From contig CT868207.1 in the NCBI GenBank assembly GCA_000165425.1, positions 620,001 through 684,000 on the forward strand: DNA of 64,000 nt, written 5' to 3'. Both the position numbers and the translations under genes were made by a program. Under the pieces are notes generated by a model that worked only from the letters and a program-made list of their open reading frames with translations, did not search any database and had not been told where the DNA came from. This DNA comes from Paramecium tetraurelia. Taxonomy: Eukaryota. Below, piece by piece: positions 15,385-29,922 of the stretch; within the stretch, counting starts at the first letter, position 1, and every line of letters begins with the position of its first letter.

Positions 15385-15778
15385 ATGAATATTATTTGTT
15401 AAAAAAATTAATAAATTATCCTAAATACTTAATCAGAATCCTTTTGCTTTTCAGAAAATTTCCGTTCATTAATAGAAATCAAATAAAATATAACCTATAA
15501 TGATTTTGCTTCATCTTTTTTATCTTCTATTACTATGATTCTAATGAGAATGAGGGATATTTTTAGCCAAAGTTTATATATAAATGAACATAAGTGAAAG
15601 TTGTAATATATGTATAAGACAATTTTATAAGATATTTGATTGAAAGCCAAAAATATAAAATGATTCGATTAAAAAGAAAAAAAACTAATATGATATTCTT
15701 ATGTTGGCTTCATTATTTTGAAAAGGTAATAGTTAAAATTTAATATGAATATTAGGTTGAATACATTTATGAGATAAA

Positions 15779-17146
<1,368 letters not shown>

Positions 17147-17395
17147 AAAATCATAAATCAATTATTTAATCCACAAAGATTAATCTATTAGCAATCGATA
17201 TTATTAAAAATTCACTTAAAAGAATGCTATGTTTTATGATGTATACTAAATAAACCATATAAATTAAAATTAAATTCATCAAGACTTTCATCCAGAGACA
17301 TTCTTCAAATAATTGGTCTAATCTTTTAGAAAAGTAGTAGAATATTATTTAGAGAGATTTTGATATTATTTTTATATAACACTATAAAAATTTAC

Positions 17396-18088
17396 TCATT
17401 TGTTTCTTCTTCTTTATGCTTATGCTTATTCTTATGGTTATTAAGCAGTTCCATTTAATTGTTAGGGATCAGCTTGTGAAAATAAGAAAAACACAAAAAA
17501 TCCAATAATTATATACCATTTCTAAAGATAGAAGAGGTACTTACATATTATAAAATTATTCCGAAAATTCCCTACGGTTTTTATTCTTCTTCTTCAGGAA
17601 TTTTTTCATCAAATTGTGGTATTAATCCTTGTGGAGCTACTTCCAAATCTTTAACTTAAACTTGGATATAGGTTTCGGCATTTTTCCTTACAGGTTTTAA
17701 TGCATAATCAAAAGATAATAAATCATTATTTGATAAAACTAAAGTAATTATTTCTTAATAATTGGATTTCTAATTAAAAAGAGATAATTATTTCCCATCT
17801 ATATGTGCAATATAAGATTTTTCATCTTGTAAATTTTACAATTTCAATAAAGCATAAGTATTCTTGATTATACACAGTATATATTACTTCATTCATTTTT
17901 TTGCGATCTACTATTTGCTATCTATTTTGATTTAAGTTGATCTGGGCATTTTAAAAATTGGATCTAGATACTTTCATCTCCCCTATTCTTTCCCAGGGTT
18001 AAGAGTTTGAATTTTTTATTGATAAAGCATAATCGATTGATTATGATAGTGTTGTAAGTGCGAGAACCAATATTAATATAAATTACAT
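17396..18088 (-). CDS. EMC10-like single-pass ER membrane protein
   Basis: Signal peptide MQFILILVLALTTLS, lumenal domain with PWERIG, acidic linker, TM segment GIFGIILQYKWYIIIGFFVFFLFS, short polar tail. Two introns. Confidence 0.5.
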
Positions 18089-18284
18089 TTAATTATTCAC
18101 TATAAAAAATAAAACAATAAAGTAAATTCAATAATATTGATGTGATTTATTGCTCTAATATGTAGATTTAATAACTTTCAACATGATTCCATAGAACCAT
18201 TAAGTAGAGCTATAATTTAATTTCCCACAGAAATTCATATTGTTAAAGTCATTTTAAATATTATTTTAACATAAGTAGAATAAA

Positions 18285-19125
18285 TCAGAAATAATGATTT
18301 TCCTTGTCATTCCATTTTTATGAAAAACTGAATGAACTTGGTTGTTCTACTAATTTGTGCTGATTCGTATTTGAGATTAGGTTCTGATATAATGGTTCAT
18401 TCTTGTTGATTTTTGAATCGAGATCAGTGTTTAAGCTGCTGAATAAACTATACAACTAATTGGCTTATTATTCATCAAGTTAATGTAGAAATGTCATCAA
18501 TTGATCTTCTTTGTCTTCATCATTTATTATTGAATCTTAAGTATTCATTGAATAAATGGATGATTTTTTACGATGATTTACTTAATTCTCATATTATATC
18601 ACTTCCTCACTTGCAGTTAGAGGACTGCTAAATTATTATTAACTGGCGGATGGAATAATTGATGTTTAACGTTTTAATTTTTCAATTTATTCATTGAGTT
18701 CATTCACTATAATTTCAAGTTGAATATTTCGTTTAAGATATTCATCTCTTTGTTTGGTCATTTCTAATAATGCATCAACATAATGATCCGTCTGCTATTT
18801 TTTGTTTTGATCAAATCTCTTTTTAGCCTCCATTAAAAAACCATCTATTTGCATTATATACATTTAATCCTAACTTAATTTAGTCTTTCATACTTTTTTT
18901 TGTACTTTCTCCATTTCTCCTATTTATTTTAAAGCCTTATGATATTTTTATATAGTTTCCATGTTTTATTCTTTTAATTTGGCAATTTCTACTCTATAAT
19001 TGGCATCTTTAGCTAGTAACTTTTGAATAATCTACTCTTATATAAATGCATACTTCTCTTAATTATGATTCATTATATTGTTTATTAAAACTGATTTCTC
19101 CTAACTACTATTTTTTTTATTTCAT
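18285..19125 (-). CDS. Hypothetical coiled-coil protein
   Basis: Starts MKQKNSSQEK; heptad-rich region (DALLEMTKQRDEYLKRNIQLEIIVNELNEQIEKLK); ends WNDKENHYF*. The span is not a multiple of 3, so one short intron or indel near the 5' end is unresolved. Confidence 0.6.
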
Positions 19126-19270
19126 TATAAAAAATAATTAATATAAAATACTCAATATATATATATAATATTGGAATTGCTGAATTGTAAATAGACCTCT
19201 CATAATTACAATATATTTAATTAACCAATAATCTGACTATAATTATGGTTTCTTTTATTAAAATACAATT

Positions 19271-20773
19271 TCATAATATAGACTCAATATATTGTTAGAG
19301 TAATTTGAGTTATTCTTTAATAAATTATCTACATTCTTAAATAGATATTTCTTTTCTTTCTTAACATTTAGAGATTAAGTAAAGAATGATTTTATTCGGC
19401 ATATCTTGAGAAATTGTTAGGTTTAATTTCAAAGCTTCATTAATCCATTTAGCATTTGTGTTCATGGATTTTACGTCCTCTTAATATTGAACATACTCTT
19501 GTCTTAATATTCTATGATGCTTAATCACAATGCCTCTCAATTCTTAGACTAACCTTTCCTTTTCCTAAAACAACTTAAATTAATTTAAATAGCTTAGTGC
19601 TTCTATGATAATTTCATTTTAAGAAAAATAGGAATCTACTGAAAATGAATTTAATTCACAGTTAGTTTATGATAAATATGATTGAAATTCTTATTGATCA
19701 AAGATCCCATAGATTTATAGACATTTTTAACATGCATTGGTGACTGCATTATCATTAATACCTGGCATCCTATATCTGATAGGTTGATGATGGAAAGGAC
19801 ATTCTTCTATATAAGATTGAGAATCATTTGAGTAAGAAGGTAACTAGAAATTTTGAGTTTATTCACAAAGTGTTGATTAAGAAACAAGTGAAATATCCGC
19901 AAAAACATATCTATCATTGTTAGTATTCGACTGTATTTCAAAATTACTTGGACTTTAGAGATAGTATTCAGTGAGTGTTTATATAATCCAATTAAGATCT
20001 TTCCTTAATTTAGGGTCTTTTTAAATGGAGTTTAATAATAAACTTTTGATGACATTTTTCTTATGATCAAATATAGTGGCTTGTGCATATTGTTGATCTC
20101 TAATAACATAATTGGTAGTTTTAATCTTAAAGAATACTTCGTCCTCGGACATGCCATTATAGAATGGTGTTTTATGAAGTAATTCATCAATAATAAGCCC
20201 GAGTGCCCAAATATCTACAGATTTATCATACTATTATTTATCTAAAATTTCTGGAGCTACATAATAAGCAGTTCCCACTTTGGTGGTGGTCATTCTATCT
20301 AATTTGACACTACTTAGTCCAAAATCGGTGATTTTATAAATTTCCATTCCTTGTTCATCAATTTGCCTGAGAATATTCTCTGGTTTGATATCTCTATGAA
20401 CAATGTTTTTACTATGTAAAAAGGACAAACCATTAGCTACTTGAAATGCGATATTAACAATCTATTCTTCAGAAAAGGTTTTGGTTGTCATCATCTCATA
20501 TAAAGTTCCACCAGAACAGTATTCTTGCACAATAAATAAGGCTTCTTGTTAATCAAAAATATCCAAAAGTTGAACTACATTTTAATGCCGATATTGCGAG
20601 AGTTATTTCAGAATCATCTTCTCTTATTATGAAATTGCTAGATTTCTATTGCTAATTTTGACAGCAACCTTTTATTTATTTGATTTTTTAACACCCAAAA
20701 AGACTTAAGCAAAAGCACCCTAGCCTAACAATTAGTTTTTGGTTTCGTATAAATCCTCATAACGATTTTTCAT
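19271..20773 (-). CDS. Ser/Thr protein kinase with C-terminal degenerate B-box-like motif and helical tail
   Basis: Intronless 500-codon [44 protein letters not shown]; later CPFHHQPIRY...ACQKC. Confidence 0.88.
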
Positions 20774-20849
20774 TGATTATGGTTAAATAATTTTTATAAT
20801 ATTTATCAAACTATTTCGTTATTATATTATTATTTGATATTTTATATAT

Positions 20850-23182
20850 TCATTATACAGTTTATACAGCTAAGCGAATAAGATGATCCGTAAATACTTT
20901 AAGACTTGCGTCGTCTGTGATATAATTACCACTTTCTACATTTTCATTCTGAACTGTATTGACTGATGGATTCACCCTACTTTTTAAATATCTCTCTTAT
21001 CCATGACCAAAATAGGTCTTAATCAATTTAGGAACAGGGAATCTGTCTTCCAAAATATACTGAAAATATTAGAATGTATGATTACCTGTACGTCTGAATT
21101 GGGAGCATCTATCAACTCTTTAACATATTCATATTCAGGATTATCATAATAGCCTTCTTCAATCCATTTTTGAACATTTTCACCATTCCATACAACAACA
21201 TTAAAGTAAGTATCCAAAAGTAATACCACATCAGGTTTCATACTTTGAATATCCAAATTGACAGCATTGGCAGCTGGATCATCGATTGTATATTATAGCA
21301 AAGCAGGTTGAATCATAACTAAAGCATTTTGAACACTTTCTCTTGATAAAGAAGCCTAAAGATTAATTTGTAAATACTTACTCTATAAAAAGTGGTTTCA
21401 TCTGGTGAAGCACCAAAAGTAGTGATGAAATGAGATCTTCGAAGATGATACATAAATTATGGATACATCATCATTTCTTATGGGAATCTGAATGAACTCA
21501 CATCATCCTTTCTATATGATCCAAATCTAGCGACAACTCGAATTAGTGATCTATCTAACCATTTTAAGACTTCGATGGATTCTTCTGATTCTGCCTTCAG
21601 AATACCTACTCTTGCCATAGTGACACAAGCAGCTTCTTGATCAAATCCTCTGATCATGTCCATAATGTTATTGTGATCTGCAAATCTTCTTTGGATTGTA
21701 GTTACTCTCAATCTTTACAATCTGCTAGAGTGTCTATACATAGTAACAAATTGTATGTAAGCACTTTGAGAAAATGAAGTGTCTTTCGTGGATGATAAAT
21801 CAAATAGGAATAATATGGTGGAGTTTCTATCCAAACCACCAGTATACCAACTTGTTGTTCCACCCTCTCCTAGAGATACTTCAGATACCATAGGACCTGC
21901 CTTCTTCAATGAAATACATGGCCCTACTCCTCCTTAAACTTTTATATCTTTTGATACAAATAAATCTATCTTGGATCCAAATCCCATCTTAAGAAAACCA
22001 GAGGCATCTTTATCAAATAGTTTTTTATAGGTCTCTTTGAAAACATCAGAGTCAAATTTTTCTTGCATTACAACAACTCCACCTGTTTTCTCAGCTATTT
22101 ATTTCATTTCTAATAGACCGAATTGATCTAAAGTGAATGCGAATATATCAACTGTTAAACTTGCTTTTATGGCTCTCTAAGCAATTTCATTATAAAACTT
22201 TTTAGCTTTCTATAAATATTGAGTATTTGGATTTTCTTTCTACATATCCAAGTAGGATCTGATTGTTTCTTCCAATTTCAACCCTATCACTTATCCAGGT
22301 CCTGTTGTACAGGGTCCCCCAACAAAAAAGAGAATTTTTGAGAATTGAGTAGCACTTTCTACCAAAGTTGAGCCAATTTTTAATGCAGATCCATTTGCTC
22401 TAACTTCTCTCTCTCCTGGTAAAGTAGGCCATGGGTCGCATTAAAGATCATCCAAAATAGAGTTAAATGAAAATTCGCATTCATTTAAGGGAACCAAGAA
22501 TCTTTTCAAAATTTCTGGTTTTGTACTCACTTATAGCATTTCCAATATTTATTATGTAGTGTAATCTTTTGATCCCTTAAAACTATAGCATTTGGGACAT
22601 TCTTAGAAACCTAATTCATGTACAAAAACATTTCTTCCAAAAGTGATAAGCCCAACCTAAGAATCTGGAGGAATGATGGACAGACTTTATTAAATTGAAT
22701 CCCTGATAGCTTATAGATCCTCTTAAGGTATGCAAGTATCAATTATAAACAAGAAAGAAGTTGGTGCAGCTTATTAATTAGCTAGGATATATTCCATAGT
22801 TGTGCTAGACTTTTTTAATTCTGCAGGCAATTATGTTTCGGTAATGTGATCTGCATAATGTTTTGGGAACATGTTTTTGCAAGAGCAGAATACACATGTC
22901 CATTATTTATTTCTGAAATCTATTTAATTGTATGGATTCAAAATGGCACCACATTTACAATAAAGTGGTGAATACTGCACTAAGACAAGTGATTCCAAGT
23001 CTTTCATTGGTGCTAACATTAATTTATTAGATACTGTAGAGACATCCCATAGGAACAATTGCTCTGGTACTTTGCAATTTTGTTGCTGGTAATGTGTTCC
23101 AAGACATTCTGACTGCATCTTTGTATTCTTCCTGATAAAAATCGATTGGCTGTATTGGTTACTACCCTTGTGGTTATTGCAT
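20850..23182 (-). CDS. SEC23: COPII coat subunit Sec23
   Basis: VRMSWNTLP...CKCGAILNPY...WTCVFC zinc finger, GGPCTTGPG, GFDQEAA, WLDRSLI, LLLDTYF, RYLKSRVNPS, TDDASLKVF. Confidence 0.97.
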
Positions 23183-23416
23183 TGATTAAATTTTTTCAAT
23201 ATTTTTTTAATTATTAACACGTAATTTCGAATTAAAAAAGTTGTTAGTCACTTGTTTAAATATATGATAATTTATTATTATATACATATGTATTAATATA
23301 TTGAAAATATATATATAATAAGTAAATTTTGTGGATTATCTCTATTGTTCATTGTTTAATTTGATGACGTAAATTTATATCAAGAGCATCTGCATATATC
23401 ATTTAATATTATTAAT

Positions 23417-24322
23417 ATGATTAAATTTGTGAAAAAGGTAGTTGGTTTTGGTGCCTTTTTGATAATCTTAATTGGCTTGGCTCTTTTAGGTTTTGGAGTG
23501 TATGTACTCTATAAATAAGTAGGATTGAATTATGCAGGTAATAGAAACATATATAATTAGATCTCTATTTTAATACTGCGAGTTGGTTAAAAACGTTATC
23601 AGAATATGGGCTTCTAATATTGGGAGCTGTGATCTTAATAACTGGAATTGCGGGTGCCAAAGGATCCTCTTAGAAAAAGACATCTTGCAGAGGGTGTTTA
23701 CTATTAACTTATCAAATCGGGGCTATTCTATTTTTCGTTTTGTGTACAGGTTTAGCAATAGGCACTCTAATATATTCATCAGATCTCTTTGGATAAGGTA
23801 GTTAGAAATTTATATCATTTAGAATGCACCAACAAAGATTATTTTAAATTGGTTGATACTTAAATCCAACAAGCAGAACAAATCTTTTGTTCAAGCTATT
23901 GTTAATGCTATATCACCGAAGAAACATTGAATCGTAATTAAACAGCATTTGCTGGTAAGAACTATACAACTGATAAAAATGTTGAATAAAAAATAGAAAA
24001 AATTTAGGAATGTCCAGGTTATGAAGTTAATGCTTACTCAGCTGCTGTTTCGTTGTTGGGGACTGCAGAACAATTATTGAATTGCGCTGGCTGGTGCACT
24101 CCTGCTCCCTATTATATATTTAGTGATATAAATGATGATTCATTCAATGGAGAGAGCTGTTTCATAGAAACCAAGCACTTTGTAGAGTCGAGTGGAAAAA
24201 CATTGGGATACGTCCTATTAGGATTAGGGATATATTTTGGCATAAATGTTTTGTTTGTGCTTCTTATATGTTGTCATTCAGAGAGAAAACATAAAACTGA
24301 TTACCTCCTCTATGAAACCTGA
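23417..24322 (+). CDS. Tetraspanin-family membrane protein
   Basis: Three N-terminal TM segments, a Cys-rich large loop (LCSSYCQC...LLNCAGWC...SCF), a fourth TM followed by CC. Two introns. Confidence 0.75.
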
Positions 24323-24541
24323 AAAGAATTTTTGTATATACTTTTAATTCTAATTCATTAATTATGTTATTTTGTTTTTTTAACTCTGAAAAAACTATTG
24401 GCTTGATATTCGTTTTTTTAGCAATTTAATTATCATAACTTTGTTTACAATACTAATATTATTTAGAAATTTAACCTCTATGAACTGAACAGTAAATGGA
24501 AGATTGAGATTTACAAAAAAGGTATTAATACAAAATATATA

Positions 24542-24868
24542 TCATAATAACTCTATGTTTTACTTTACGATCCCTTCATATTATTGTAGTTTTCTTCTTT
24601 AAACTATTGAATTGTAAACTTGAATAGTGATTTAAAATGCTTACTTGGTTATCTTAATTTTGGAACCTTAACTTATTTCTCTAGAGTTTTATCGTAAATT
24701 GAGAGTTCATCTTGATCTCCTAAGGTATCCTATTACTCTTAATTTATAGACTAAGATTTTACATTATTATTATTCTTATACTAATTCTTGAATCTGCATT
24801 TAAAGAATGCTTTCTAAATTATTCTACTATAGTCTCCCAGCTTTTGATTTTTAGACTGAACAACCCAT
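24542..24868 (-). CDS. Small protein with MGC N-terminus (predicted myristoylation/palmitoylation)
   Basis: MGCSVQKSK..., two inferred introns, ...VKVPKLRQPIYNSIVQRRKL...IELL*. Confidence 0.55.
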
Positions 24869-24893
24869 TTTGTTTAATTATAATATTTAATAC

Positions 24894-26904
24894 TCAAAAA
24901 TTTGATAATTTCTTATCCAAAAATTGCAATTTTGCCTGAACACTTTTTAAGTATAAATCCGTGGCTTCTATTTGTAGATCATCGTCTTGACTAATGTGAG
25001 CTAATTATTCTTTCTTTTTGGCTTCTTCCTCTAATCGTTAGAGAAGGCGCATTTCTTATTGGGGACTCATCTTTCTTCAATTTTAATAACCATAATTACT
25101 TGTTCAATCCCGAAAGAGATGGGAGAGCAGATTGATGCATAGACTTTCTTTCTCTTTCAAACTCCCTCAAATAATCTGGTTGCTTCTTAGCAGAACTCTG
25201 TTGGATTATTATTTTCTATGGTGTATGCACACGCAAATGGAAATATGTGTTAGCATCAGGCACTTTGCCTTATTGAAGACTTTCTGTTATTTTAGTTTTT
25301 TGTGTTATATGTTCCTGACTTAGAGCTGATTAGATTTTCTTAACTAAGTATTAAAATAAGTATATACTATTCTTTTGATTTCCTTGATTTACTAGTTGAT
25401 CAACGAATTAAGACTTATTTTGATATCTTATTACTTACTTTACTCTAGAATCTCGAGATTAATTAATTGAGTAATCATCAATTGATTATTGACCATCCAT
25501 TTTACTAAAATTTGATGGTCTGTGGAATTCTTAAATGATTTCAGAGTATTTTTATTTCCTTACTTTAAATTCCTATCTTTTCCTTTACTCCAAGATGTCT
25601 TTATTCTTAACTTATGAATCAATTTTCATAACTTCTTGTAACACTTTTTAGTCCTTATACAATTGTTTAGTTTCAGATTTGATTTTGATTTCCCACTCTA
25701 ATTTCTTCTAGTCTCTTTGTAATTTAAGCATTTCCCTATTTTCCAAGTAATGTTCCTCGTGTTAATTTAACTCTGATAATCGTATAGGTTAGGCTAGTTT
25801 TCTCTTCTCTTGAAGTTTGAGCTATGTATTATATAAGAATAACAATACTTTGGCTTATTCGAAATAGATTTATTTCAATTATTCGTCTTTATTCTTAAGT
25901 GAATCCTATTGTTTCTTCATCCTATTCTTTAATTCATTTATCAACTATTAAGATTGCTTATTAAATTATCTTTATAATTCATGATTCTTTTAATTTTCAT
26001 TAAGTCTTTCTATAATTCTAGTTCTTTTATCCTAAGTAATCTATTGCATTAAGAATTCTCTTTCTTATTTATAATGCTCTAAACTTAATTCTATTTTCTC
26101 TGCACTATTATCTATCTGCTCTTATCTCTTCAATTTAAGTTGTTCTTTTTGTTTTTTCATCTCCTGAATGAGCATCTTAGCTTTTTCACTCTAATTCGGG
26201 TCCTACAATAACGAGATGGCTTTCTTTTTGCGAACCAAGTACTATTCTTGTTATGGACTTAATTTAGGAGTTTTATTTTTCTTTTTATTAGATTTGAGTT
26301 GCATTTTATGATGATTACCTCTCTCCTCCTTGTTGACCATGTTGTTTAAGATATTTAAGACAGTGTCATTATTTTGATTTCGAACTTGATCATCTTCCTG
26401 CATTTTGATATGACTACTCAACATGGTTTGTTATTTCACTCGATCAGTAAAATTGGCAATCAAATCGGATGTTTTAGTTTTGATTAACTTGGGTGCATTT
26501 TAAAAGAAGGACAGGACCTTAGTGAGGCTGTCTAAATCTTTCGTCTTCCTTTTTCTTTGTTCCTCTAAATTATCTATAAATTTTATTGTTGATAAAATAG
26601 TCTTCCATAAAACAAGAGGTTTTGCTTGATCATAAAACTGTTGGAACTTTTTTAATTGCTCCTTCTCCTTGAATATCACTTCAAGGCAATCTGTTTTACA
26701 ATTGTAGATGATCTTATTTACAGTTCCTTCCTCAGAGAGGAGTTGATCAAATATATAGAGATCAAAAGCAGCTGAAATCTACTTGAATCAAAAAATTACT
26801 TATTGTTTCTCTACTATCAAGGCTTTCAGTTCTGCTATTGTGGCGGTTTTAGATATTTCAAAATCAAATGTCTCCCCTTTTATATTTACTTAAAATTTTA
26901 ACAT
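24894..26904 (-). CDS. Coiled-coil protein with N-terminal ubiquitin-like segment
   Basis: MLKFQVNIKGETFDFEISKTATIAELKALI (ubiquitin-like pattern), long charged coiled coil, C-terminal DLYLKSVQAKLQFLDKKLSNF*. Four short introns. Confidence 0.65.
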
Positions 26905-26912
26905 TAATAAAT

Positions 26913-27629
26913 ATGAATCACATTAAAGCTTTTGCTTTGGCAAAATGGGCAACAGCTGAGAAATTAGAGCTTATAGGAATGGAGGGTGAAGTTGGCCTTG
27001 TCTAAGATTTATCAGATACCCTCATGATACTCAAGACCAAAACCATTAGTTAATTTCAGAAGATGTATATTCAATTTTATATCAAAAGAGACTCATTGCC
27101 ATCTAAAAAAGGAAGGTGGTATTATTTGCCCTTTAACAAAGAAATCATCCAATTGGTTTTAGCAACAAGTGATTGCAATCAATACAATATTGAAATGCTC
27201 ATCAGTGCCATCTAATCAAAAATTGTATTGATATCAGTATAAACTAATTAGTTGAATGGAAATATCATCCTTAATGATAATCAGAAGGATAACATCCTAC
27301 AGCTGCTGAATTATTTTGAGAAACAATACAATAAAGATCCCAAACAAATCAAATAAATCATGTAGGTGTTAGACAATACTAAATTATCGGTCCAACAGAA
27401 TATAGAAAAATTAATCAACAATAAAGAGCAATTAAGTTAAATTGAAAGTATATCCTATCTATTTATTTGAGTTAAATCCTTGGAATTGGAGGATACTTCA
27501 AAAGTCTTTTACGATACAGCCGCTGCTGTTCACAGAAAGAATCGATTAAATAGATTAAAGAGAAGACTAATTATTGGTGGCATAGCCTTTATAAGTCTAA
27601 GTTTTATTTGTTATTGGATTTTTTATTGA
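26913..27629 (+). CDS. Synaptobrevin/VAMP-family R-SNARE with longin-like N-terminus
   Basis: SNARE motif IKQIMQVLDNTKLSVQQNIEKLINNKEQLSQIEIKSLELEDTSKVFYDTA, basic linker, C-terminal TM LIIGGIAFISLSFICYWIFY*. Three introns. Confidence 0.85.
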
Positions 27630-27956
27630 TCATAATATTTAAAATTAGCAAATTATAAGCACTATTGATTAAAGTGAAACCAATTTCTTTATTTTCCTTC
27701 TCCATGATTATGTAAGGTAATTATAATAATCCCTTCTTAAAATTAAAGTTTAGATGTCTATTATCACTTTTACTTAAACCTTGTTCAAAAACATATTATT
27801 TTGTAATAATTCTTCAATAATATTGAAATCACTCATATACAATAGAATATGCTATTCTTTATTAATTGATTAGAATTTTTTTTAATAAACTAATCCATAT
27901 TTTATTGTTTACTCAATAAAGTTGAACTAATATTTTTAATAATATTTATTAATATT

Positions 27957-28490
27957 ATGCCTCCAAAAAAGGGAAACGGCAAAAAAAAGCAAGACTCCGA
28001 TGAAATGGAATCAGAAGAGTCTTATGAACCGAAAGCTTCTAAAAAAATTCAAAAATAAGCATAAAAGAAATCAAATTTATCAGCAAAAAAATAACAAGAT
28101 GATGAATCAGAAGACGCTTCAGATTCTTAAGAAGAGTAAGTCCAAAAAAAGGGTAAACAAAAAAAACCTTAACCTCAAACTTAAAGCAAATCAACTAATA
28201 ATGCAAAAAAAAAATAAGCAAAAGATGATGTAAAGTATATGTAAAATTCATAGGATGAAGATGAGAATTCTGAAAGTGTTGAAAACGACAAGGACAACTT
28301 TAAGCTATATTAAAAAAAAGAAACTCCTCCTGAAGATGATCCATGCAGAATATACTATGAATCATTATATCGAGAAAAACCAGAATCTATATTGGCCCTC
28401 AAGTATTGTTTAGATTATGGCCTAATAGAAGAAGAAAACATTCAAAAGGCTCATAAATTTTATGAAAAATATAAATCTAAATAAAAATGA
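27957..28490 (+). CDS. Lys/Asp/Glu-rich protein with a compact C-terminal domain (uncharacterised family)
   Basis: MPPKKGNGKKK, charged disordered region, then QKKETPPEDDPCRIYYESLYREKPESILALKYCLDYGLI. Confidence 0.75.
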
Positions 28491-29070
28491 AATTAAAACT
28501 AATTTTAATCACTTTTTTTCCTAAAACTTCATAACCATAAATAATTGTTCATATATAGGGCTATATATTAACTAAATTATGGATTCATTTCATTAGCATC
28601 ATATAGAAATGGTTTTGTAGAAATAATATAGTTGCAGAATAAAGGAACCTGTTTCCTCCCTTATATTTGATTAAATTTTAATAGCCACAATACCTTTAAA
28701 AAACTAAGATTGTTATTTTTTAATTATTAAAATAACTTTTTTATTACAAGTAATTGTCTACAATTTTGAGCAAGGATTATATGCAATTTGATAATGGAAT
28801 ATATTAATGCTATATCTTAATGAGAGAAAATAACTTAAAAGTCTTAATTATAGATTGATTCAAAATTTTCGATGCTAGGTTACCAATATATATTGTTAAT
28901 CGGTTTAACATAAAGATTTATGATGTTGTAATGAACATATGATATAATCATTAAAATTTGGCTGCATATAAATATAATTTAGAAAACTTTTTGATCTAAA
29001 GGAATATTGGTTGTTCCAAAGAATTAATGAATTAACTCTTAATATATGATTTTATTTTTATTAATTTTTT

Positions 29071-29922
29071 ATGTCAAGACGCAGACGCTGTGCTTTTGAT
29101 TCTGATAATTTAGATGAGTATATATAGGTATTTACAAACATAAACTTATCAGCTTGCCACTATTGGGTAGAATTAGACTAATCTTTTTTATGATGACAAA
29201 AAGTTAAAATGGGTTAATGGATTGAAATAAATTAATGATTAAGAGTACTCCACAAAATAAATTGAAGGATTTGAACACGGTCATAATCAAATTGATTATA
29301 TTGATACGTCTGAACTTCCTCCCGATATTCATTTGAAATCAAGTGATGAAGTTATTACTCATCACATTATGATATTAGGAGATATCAATGAATGTATAAA
29401 ACAATCTCTTACTATGTTCTGCATGTAGAGTCGTAAAAATAGTAATGAAGATTTCAATGAGGAATTGATATCTCCTTTGAAAAAGTAATTAAATATTTCA
29501 TTATATTTAGTAAACTGTGTCTTGATTTAGCGATAAAAAGAATACAAGGGAAGGATTCTGTTCATATGGTAAAGTTTCTTATGCATGATACTTCTATTTA
29601 GAATTATGCTCCTATTATCAATGGTAAATTCTTATTAGAAGTGTTATTTAGTTTACTTTCTCTAAACTGCTATTTACATCTTAGCTTTCGATCTTGATTA
29701 ATAAGATTTCTAACCTTAAAAGGAGCAAGATATGATTTCTTACATAAAGTAACGAGCTGTTAATGTGAAACACATCTATTCAGTCTATCTTACTGAATCA
29801 GATATTTCTGATCAAAGAGCAAATAAATATTATTGTAATAGGTGGAATATAGGTGCCATACTCTCCTAAGTATTTTATATAAATTTTAATCAAAGATTAT
29901 TGAATAAGTTATTAGTTAATGA
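29071..29922 (+). CDS. Degenerate Rab/Ras-fold protein (pseudo-GTPase candidate)
   Basis: Four short introns give a continuous ORF with HIMILGD, LDLAIKRI...VKFLMHDTSIQNYAPIINVYFLQTAIYILAFDL, paralleling Rab beta1 to beta4. Confidence 0.6.

Noticed and set aside
18150..18215. GCTCTA/TAGAGC stem enclosing GATTCCATA and AACCAT (U17/snR30 m1/m2-like words)
   Set aside because: The two words are adjacent with no intervening upper stem, and there is no properly placed H or ACA box.
28579..29040. Coding-like stretch starting MDSFHQHHIEM
   Set aside because: Multiple TGAs and no consistent intron solution. It may be a pseudogene, but the product cannot be identified.
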